Assembly: GCA_964016885.1 (NCBI GenBank)
Contig: OZ024755.1
Location: 9,486,001-9,550,000, forward strand
Reading direction: 5' to 3'
Length of the DNA: 64,000 nucleotides
From: Eledone cirrhosa
Taxonomy: Eukaryota
A model generated the notes under the pieces. That model ran no database searches and was not told the origin of the DNA. It saw only the letters and a list, made by a program, of their open reading frames with translations. Positions 62,001 through 64,000 of this stretch are shown here, in pieces; position 1 is the first letter of the stretch, and the number at the start of each line of letters is the position of its first letter. The translations under genes and the position numbers were made by a program.

Positions 62001-63317
62001 AATCGTATTTGTGTATTTTGCTGCACATTTATAAACCAAACACAGTTAAAAGGTGTAGTCACAGGAAGTGGGTAGTTTGGTGACATCATCATCCCTTCTG
62101 AAGAAGACAGAGTTCCTCCGCATACTGTAAATAGAATTTAAAAAGAACAACACCATCTTTTATAAAAGTATTCTTCTATTAGTATCAGTTATTACAATGC
62201 ACCTATCCTGGGACACTTTCTTAAAAAAATTTAGTCAATCATATCAACCCTGATAATTATTTTATCTTTTTTTTTTTTTTTACAAACTACTATATATTAT
62301 GGGACGTAAATGTAAACATGGACACACATGGACAGACACACACACACAAGCATGCACACACACACAGATAGACAGGATGTCTGTGACAACCTGTACAACA
62401 GATGCCAGCTAAACGACTCCTTCAACACATGCCAACTGACATATCCAGAGATACTTTACTAGATTTTCTCAACTATTGTTATAGTCATCTGTGTTAGGAC
62501 AACTACAATTTAAATTAAATTAGAAAGTATTACCATTTGTATTGTTGATAACCCCATAGATGGCACTGAAACGAATGGAAGAGACTATATCGTCTGTCTT
62601 AAATATTACAGTGACTCTGTTTGTTGTTGATATGAAAGCTGGTGGAATAACACTGCCACAGTGCCTAGAAGAATAGAAAATAATAATAGTAGTAGTCAGT
62701 AGTAGCACTAACACAGTATGATTCACAGTGGAGGTGTTTATGGAAGTATATACAATATGTTTATGTATGATAAACATATATAAGTTTGGCTGTTGGTGGT
62801 GGTGGTAGTGTTAACCTCTTCAGTATCACGGACAAGATAACTCATCCTAACATGTTTGCACTCCTTTCCAATATTTCATAACTTCAAAGTTATGAACTCA
62901 TTCCCAAAAGTTCATAACTTCTAAGTTAGATGGAAGTTACTAGTTTATTGATATGACGTTTGTCAATCAAAATATTCATTTTACTGGAAAAAAAACCGGC
63001 ACAGCAACTGTAGCTGTGTAAAATATATGCAGCAATCAACAGGTTAATGGTGGTGGTGGTGGTGTAGTGTACAATAATTCACTTTAGTTCTTACGTTTGT
63101 TCGTTAGTGGCATTGTTTCCATCTATGATCTTGACATAGTTAAAACATGAACCTTGACGTTGAATTTGAAGCAGTGTAAACACCAATGTTATAACCTTCC
63201 TGGGATCCACAATAATATTCCAGATACACAATATCCTATGCCTAGGTGGGTAAGTTCCACCTTCCATAGATGGACTTGATATTATACCAGTTGGTCCAGT
63301 TAGAATACCACCACAAC
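7534..63317 (-). CDS. CUBN: Cubilin-like gene, 3' part (45 exons, 23 tandem CUB domains, about CUB5-CUB27); 5' end outside window
   Basis: All 45 exons have AG acceptors and GT donors (one GC) and join in frame (7880 nt). Repeated CGG..SPNYP..CxW..DY..CG..F.SD..GF motifs. Recalled cubilin landmarks appear in order: Cys-lacking CUB13 plus linker, SPLG-insert CUB15, KYSIAxCGG, QGC, CGGTYNAT, CNR, SGCGG. No TM segment before the stop. Confidence 0.9.
8025..8236 (+). mobile_element. R4/Dong-like LINE fragment (restriction-like endonuclease domain)
   Basis: Frameshifted IKAN.PDIIVKD..LIDVSIPTDDNISTKEMEKLSKYKDLEIEI motif, preceded by (TAA)n. Confidence 0.75.
8543..8744. mobile_element. mariner-type MITE
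   Basis: TA TSD; imperfect TIRs CGAGGGTGAGCTGAAAGGTTCATAGGCTGAC / GTCAGCCTATGAATGTTTCAGCCAACACTCA. Confidence 0.7.
8920..9179 (-). CDS. CUBN: exon, CUB27 N-part
   Basis: SGCGGNLIGINGTFASPNY...GSYCGE; phase 1/0. Confidence 0.9.
9329..9451. repeat. 31-bp tandem repeat, about 4 copies
   Basis: TTAGAGCTACTATATATGGTGTCTACCATGG units. Confidence 0.85.
9468..9635. repeat. 33-bp tandem repeat, about 5 copies
   Basis: CTACACAATATCTGCATCAAATATCTGTGATCT units. Confidence 0.85.
9755..10057. mobile_element. hAT-like MITE
   Basis: AGAGGTTCTCAAA ... TTTGAGAACCTCTG terminal inverted repeats. Confidence 0.55.
10095..10260 (-). CDS. CUBN: exon, CUB26 C-half (GC donor)
   Basis: VNY...RYCGYSLPNPIF...FYSD; ends AAAG|gcaagt, phase 0/1. 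Confidence 0.85.
10896..11357. repeat. 60-bp minisatellite, about 7.7 copies
   Basis: Unit repeats in exact register with the 60-nt lines. Confidence 0.97.
11429..11610 (-). CDS. CUBN: exon, CUB26 N-half
   Basis: GCNRSYTGDNGEIFSPGWP...CNYDYLL; phase 1/0. Confidence 0.9.
11767..15037. repeat. 53-bp minisatellite, about 62 copies
   Basis: Unit GTGACCATACATCTGTGATATGCTGGATAGCTGTGACAGACATCTGTAATATA. Confidence 0.97.
15967..16096 (-). CDS. CUBN: exon, CUB25 C-half
   Basis: QNYIYCGNQLPQIFFSIGN...FQLTYKSA; phase 0/1. Confidence 0.87.
17158..17369 (-). CDS. CUBN: exon, CUB25 N-half
   Basis: VCGGTYNATAESQNIS...CRWIITAP; phase 1/0. Confidence 0.9.
17770..18112. repeat. 110-bp tandem repeat, about 3 copies (degenerate copies extend to about 17440)
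   Basis: TTCCTTAACACCA at 17881, 17991 and 18101. Confidence 0.9.
18136..18283 (-). CDS. CUBN: exon, CUB24 C-half
   Basis: IFNQVQPKKFCGSTIP...FKTDENIEKLGF; phase 0/1. Confidence 0.88.
18788..18987 (-). CDS. CUBN: exon, CUB24 N-half
   Basis: AKQGCRGTL...YEKNLDCHW...CEADY; phase 1/0. Confidence 0.9.
19252..19482 (+). mobile_element. same SINE family copy with TSD
   Basis: TSD ATTATTAAGTC on both sides. Confidence 0.7.
19587..19792 (-). CDS. CUBN: exon, CUB23 C-part
   Basis: CNYDYIQIYDG...GKYCG...GFHATY; phase 2/1. Confidence 0.9.
20240..20430 (+). mobile_element. RTE 3' end fragment
   Basis: RGRARKTWEEVVRADL...WR motif and shared tail. Confidence 0.7.
21134..21257 (-). CDS. CUBN: exon, CUB23 N-part
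   Basis: CGGDLTASTGEIS...CTWKITV; phase 1/2. Confidence 0.88.
22204..22380 (-). CDS. CUBN: exon, CUB22 C-part
   Basis: CRTDALKI...GVYCG...FTSDSSITFNGF; phase 1/1. Confidence 0.9.
23174..23326 (-). CDS. CUBN: exon, CUB22 N-part
   Basis: CGSYYTEKSGTITSPGFPNSYDNNMKCFY; phase 1/1. Confidence 0.9.
24341..24699 (-). mobile_element. second copy of the RTE-like element with inverted 5' segment
   Basis: Near-identical to 55524-55990 in opposite orientation. Confidence 0.8.
25592..25748 (-). CDS. CUBN: exon, CUB21 C-half
   Basis: VEVP...QYCSNEAP...FRSNSQISGSGFLAKW; phase 0/1. Confidence 0.88.
26715..26899 (-). CDS. CUBN: exon, CUB21 N-half
   Basis: GCGGILSRYSGEIMSPKYP...CVNDYVK; phase 1/0. Confidence 0.9.
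27159..27387 (-). CDS. CUBN: exon, CUB20 C-part
   Basis: LTILDIDIEKSNDCLKDYLEILNGG...FKSD; phase 0/1. Confidence 0.9.
27430..27765 (+). mobile_element. degenerate RTE 3' fragment
   Basis: RLRWWEHV, GRP.. motifs and the same tail. Confidence 0.6.
28117..28224. repeat. about 40-43-bp tandem repeat, 3 copies
   Basis: AGCCACCAAAGCTATACTCATCAACAG three times. Confidence 0.85.
28243..28364 (-). CDS. CUBN: exon, CUB20 N-part
   Basis: CGGIITDEIGVITSPNYPNSYPPNTYCMW; phase 1/0. Confidence 0.9.
28560..28885 (+). mobile_element. degenerate RTE-like fragment
   Basis: VEPLLLRIERSQLR..GHVVRMSQE, PRGRP motifs. Confidence 0.6.
28927..29076 (-). CDS. CUBN: exon, CUB19 C-half
   Basis: SDTTGERIARLCFN...VNYTIA; phase 1/1. 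Confidence 0.83.
29160..29690 (+). mobile_element. RTE-like fragment with internal tandem duplications
   Basis: Repeated VMNVVKRNR.RWLGHVLRK-type blocks (about 4 copies). Confidence 0.55.
30152..30343 (-). CDS. CUBN: exon, CUB19 N-half
   Basis: CGGLLTADSGSIVSP...CSW; phase 1/1. Confidence 0.88.
31304..31466 (-). CDS. CUBN: exon, CUB18 C-half
   Basis: VYQ...RRFCS...KSSQNIM...FKAYYTSDEDR; phase 0/1. Confidence 0.87.
31507..31675. mobile_element. pogo/Tigger-like MITE
   Basis: TA-CAGTGAAATT..TTATAAC ... GTTATAAC..AATTTTACCTG-TA. Confidence 0.55.
32039..32211 (-). CDS. CUBN: exon, CUB18 N-half
   Basis: GCGGTLTQQMATITSPGYP...CIWKI; phase 1/0. Confidence 0.9.
33272..33412 (-). CDS. CUBN: exon, CUB17 C-half
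   Basis: RACGHNG...FKTDSTQNDQGF; phase 1/1. Confidence 0.88.
33975..34181 (-). CDS. CUBN: exon, CUB17 N-half
   Basis: KCGGTLTANQGEIKSDNYP...CSADYL; phase 1/1. Confidence 0.9.
34604..34779 (-). CDS. CUBN: exon, CUB16 C-half
   Basis: CRTFFEFRDGGTAQSPWIARIC...GFQLKYSI; phase 2/1. Confidence 0.87.
35828..36048. mobile_element. piggyBac-type MITE, family A
   Basis: TTAA-CCCTTT...AAAGGG-TTAA; homologous copies near 16680-16870, 21500-21690, 23430-24052, 51411-51630. Confidence 0.7.
36151..36494 (-). CDS. CUBN: exon, CUB15 C-half plus CUB16 N-half
   Basis: FLDGR...SPLGNATDGKYCG...ECGGHRYL...SPNYP; phase 0/2. Confidence 0.9.
36910..37180 (+). mobile_element. tRNA-derived SINE, second family
   Basis: tRNA-like head; body and tail similar to 6625-6870. 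Confidence 0.6.
37774..37952 (-). CDS. CUBN: exon, CUB15 N-half
   Basis: CGGVIRLRKK...DCEWQV...CSTNYIQ; phase 1/0. Confidence 0.87.
38554..38676 (-). CDS. CUBN: exon, CUB14 C-half
   Basis: YICKRTP...LTFRSGRSGNATGFRLEY; phase 1/1; absent from ORF track. Confidence 0.85.
39219..39422 (-). CDS. CUBN: exon, CUB14 N-half
   Basis: RRQRCSDSF...LTSPNYPNPYP...CTWFI; phase 1/1. Confidence 0.9.
39545..40330 (-). mobile_element. RTE-clade LINE fragment
   Basis: CSIC..CTQC..WVHKRC..CSRC finger, EVVDSFRYLGD, LHGSETW, GRPRKT and the (GAT)n-type tail shared with other copies. Confidence 0.8.
41861..42050 (-). CDS. CUBN: exon, CUB13 C-half plus linker
   Basis: IHDGVTDRSPLLGKYCQ...FSLNWTAV; phase 0/1. Confidence 0.87.
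43201..43552. mobile_element. piggyBac-type MITE, family B, with internal 33-bp tandem repeat
   Basis: TTAA-CCT...AGG-TTAA; second copy at 62811-63047. Confidence 0.65.
43584..43756 (-). CDS. CUBN: exon, CUB13 N-half (lacks first Cys pair)
   Basis: FGGELTGSSGSIIVPEWDAPYDVTVWTITV; phase 1/0. Confidence 0.87.
44527..44711 (+). mobile_element. full-length tRNA-derived SINE (Meta-domain-like); representative of many copies in the window
   Basis: B-box-like GAGTTCAAATCCC, core CTTT(T/C)ATCCTTACGGGGTCGATAAAATAAAGTACC, 18-bp TSD ATTATTTATCTGTTTGAA. Confidence 0.8.
44880..45079 (-). CDS. CUBN: exon, CUB12 C-part
   Basis: VFDVEYHEFCNKDYLE...GNLIGRYCG...FRSD; phase 2/1. Confidence 0.9.
46181..46313 (-). 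CDS. CUBN: exon, CUB12 N-part
   Basis: CGGKYHAGTGTFNSPSYPDNYP...CVWNLINSPGN; phase 1/2. Confidence 0.9.
47720..47944 (-). CDS. CUBN: exon, CUB11 C-part
   Basis: EHVTLYFT...DYVKVLDG...TYCG; phase 1/1. Confidence 0.9.
48051..49165. repeat. 51-bp minisatellite, about 22 copies
   Basis: Unit TGTGACACCTACACAATCACTTTACAGTGTGGGCTGGGTACCTTTTGT(TGT). Confidence 0.97.
49240..49341 (-). CDS. CUBN: exon, CUB11 N-part
   Basis: CGNIYDASVEGEIQS...CQWLLQA; phase 1/1. Confidence 0.85.
49400..49761. mobile_element. fold-back/MITE-like long inverted repeat
   Basis: About 150-bp imperfect arms (49400-49550 / 49612-49761). Confidence 0.7.
50257..50401 (-). CDS. CUBN: exon, CUB10 C-half
   Basis: MSERDIPSNQYCQ...MYTDN...FKVQYSQ; phase 0/1. 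Confidence 0.82.
50921..51096 (-). CDS. CUBN: exon, CUB10 N-half
   Basis: GCGGNYIIQNGSISSPNYP; phase 1/0. Confidence 0.9.
51737..53028 (+). mobile_element. 5'-truncated Tx1/L1-clade LINE (ORF2 C-terminus plus 3'UTR)
   Basis: Open frame of about 350 aa with 'GGLGMP' and zf-RVT CCHC motif CPRC..ETVLHAIVHC; GC-rich; ends in AATAAAGAAA; antisense to the host gene. Confidence 0.85.
53301..53472 (-). CDS. CUBN: exon, CUB9 C-half
   Basis: VYDGDNLNSPVIADICH...VTSTGN; phase 0/1. Confidence 0.88.
54684..54853 (-). CDS. CUBN: exon, CUB9 N-half (divergent)
   Basis: GCIRRYKQQQRKLRLYYHHTDKSCAWVISVHPGKKIQL; phase 1/0. Confidence 0.85.
55524..55990 (+). mobile_element. RTE-like element with inverted 5' segment
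   Basis: Minus part VESVLLYGSETWTLT...; plus part LRLAGHAHRH...RRGRPRLTY; (GATA)n tail. Confidence 0.8.
56329..56488 (-). CDS. CUBN: exon, CUB8 C-half
   Basis: VRDGDKSDSPLIGKFCG...FHTDSS; phase 0/1. Confidence 0.9.
56720..56970 (+). mobile_element. RTE reverse-transcriptase fragment
   Basis: KGDA..YRGIKL...QFGFVPGKRTKDALFLMRQLQE. Confidence 0.8.
57264..57448 (-). CDS. CUBN: exon, CUB8 N-half
   Basis: CSDMELTDLQGVIESAGYP...CKFDYLE; phase 1/0. Confidence 0.9.
57780..58108 (+). mobile_element. tRNA-derived CORE-like SINE; representative of several copies
   Basis: tRNA-like head TGGCTTAGTGATTAGG, body TGTCCTTGAGCAAGACACTT; related copies near 32680-32925, 35560-35820, 46900-47180. Confidence 0.65.
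58572..58759 (+). mobile_element. same SINE family copy with TSD
   Basis: TSD AATTAAGGTGTT on both sides. Confidence 0.75.
58787..58940 (-). CDS. CUBN: exon, CUB7 C-half
   Basis: IWDPNQYGVRLGRYCG...FKTDGSYSDRGF; phase 0/1. Confidence 0.9.
58971..59700. repeat. (GGT/GTT)n-derived low-complexity tract with about 57-bp higher-order units
   Basis: Repeated GTGGTGAGGTCTGTTGTGGTGCTGTTGGAT blocks. Confidence 0.85.
59711..59886 (-). CDS. CUBN: exon, CUB7 N-half
   Basis: CGGEMY...SPHYPQSY...CHYDYLE; phase 1/0. Confidence 0.9.
60617..60777 (-). CDS. CUBN: exon, CUB6 C-half
   Basis: QGSQENSPLMGRYCGKKYP; phase 2/1. Confidence 0.9.
61938..62124 (-). CDS. CUBN: exon, CUB6 N-half
   Basis: CGGTLSSSEGMMMSPNYP...CVWFI; phase 1/2. 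Confidence 0.9.
62534..62664 (-). CDS. CUBN: exon, CUB5 C-half
   Basis: HCGSVIPPAFISTTNRVTVIFKTDD; phase 2/1. Confidence 0.88.
62811..63047. mobile_element. piggyBac-type MITE, family B
   Basis: TTAA ends; homologous to 43201-43552. Confidence 0.65.
63095..63317 (-). CDS. CUBN: exon, CUB5 N-half
   Basis: GCGGILTGPTGIISSP...CIWNII...NYVKIIDG; phase 1/2. Confidence 0.88.
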
Positions 63318-64000
63318 CTTCAAAAAGAAATTCAGTTGTACTTAGAAAAACTTTTATTTCACATAATTATGCACACAAATAAACACAACTTATATATAAA
63401 TAATATATATTTTTTTTAAATGTTACTAGACCCACATACTCAATCACATGCCACAATAAGGGTGCTGGAGTTTCTCAAATAATTTTTGAAGCAAGGCAAC
63501 ATACTCATAGCACTGCATCAAATGACAGCGTGGCTATGATGTTGGAATAACCAGAGATATTACCTGATACTTTAGTAAAATGAGCTACCAACAATGACCA
63601 GAATTTTGTTATCTGCATCCCAACTCCTACAATGTCTTGAATGCCCCTGGCTAAAAACAAAAATAGTCTGCAAATAATTCCTGGTATTTTAGAATTATAT
63701 TTCTTTCAGTTATGGATGTAGTGACCTTCACCTTTGCTACAGCATCCAGGATGTGGGAAGGAGCAAAAAAATTTCTAAGTAATGGCACCCCAAATGAGAC
63801 ATCAATGGTTCTGGAAAAATTTATTTGGTTCCATTGTATACAGCTTAATTCTAATTTACATCTGTGGTAAAATTAAAAGTCTAAATATATATTTACTGCT
63901 TTGCACTCAAGCAACAATTATTTAGCCTTGTTTGATAATATGTGCTCAGAATAGGGACAATATAGGGCAAAAAAGATTATTTAGTCATGCTAAAGACAAG

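Noticed and set aside
7534-63317. Tolloid/BMP1 or several separate CUB genes
   Set aside because: There are 23 uninterrupted in-frame CUBs with no interspersed EGF or protease exons and a single stop, which fits cubilin.

Overview
AT-rich, repeat-dense animal genomic DNA. The SINE and LINE families resemble those of octopod cephalopods (inference, no search run). The main feature is the 3' portion of a minus-strand cubilin-like gene. I assembled 45 coding exons by hand (63317 down to the stop at 7534; 7880 nt, about 2625 aa) with consistent splice phases. They encode 23 tandem CUB domains that, from recalled landmarks of vertebrate cubilin, correspond to CUB5-CUB27. The 5' part of the gene lies beyond the window. 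Introns and the downstream flank contain tRNA-derived SINEs, RTE, R4/Dong, CRE and Tx1 LINE fragments, TTAA/TA MITEs, and 53-, 51- and 60-bp minisatellites. Most ORFs in the supplied track are repeat artefacts. I found no clearly new multi-gene system. The best leads are: a divergent cubilin with patchy loss of Ca2+-site residues and a possible RRQR cleavage site, a GC-AG intron, duplicated splice sites, many short-loop fold-back hairpins in the pre-mRNA, an RTE derivative with a shared inversion, and a CpG-rich element with 28S-rRNA-like motifs.
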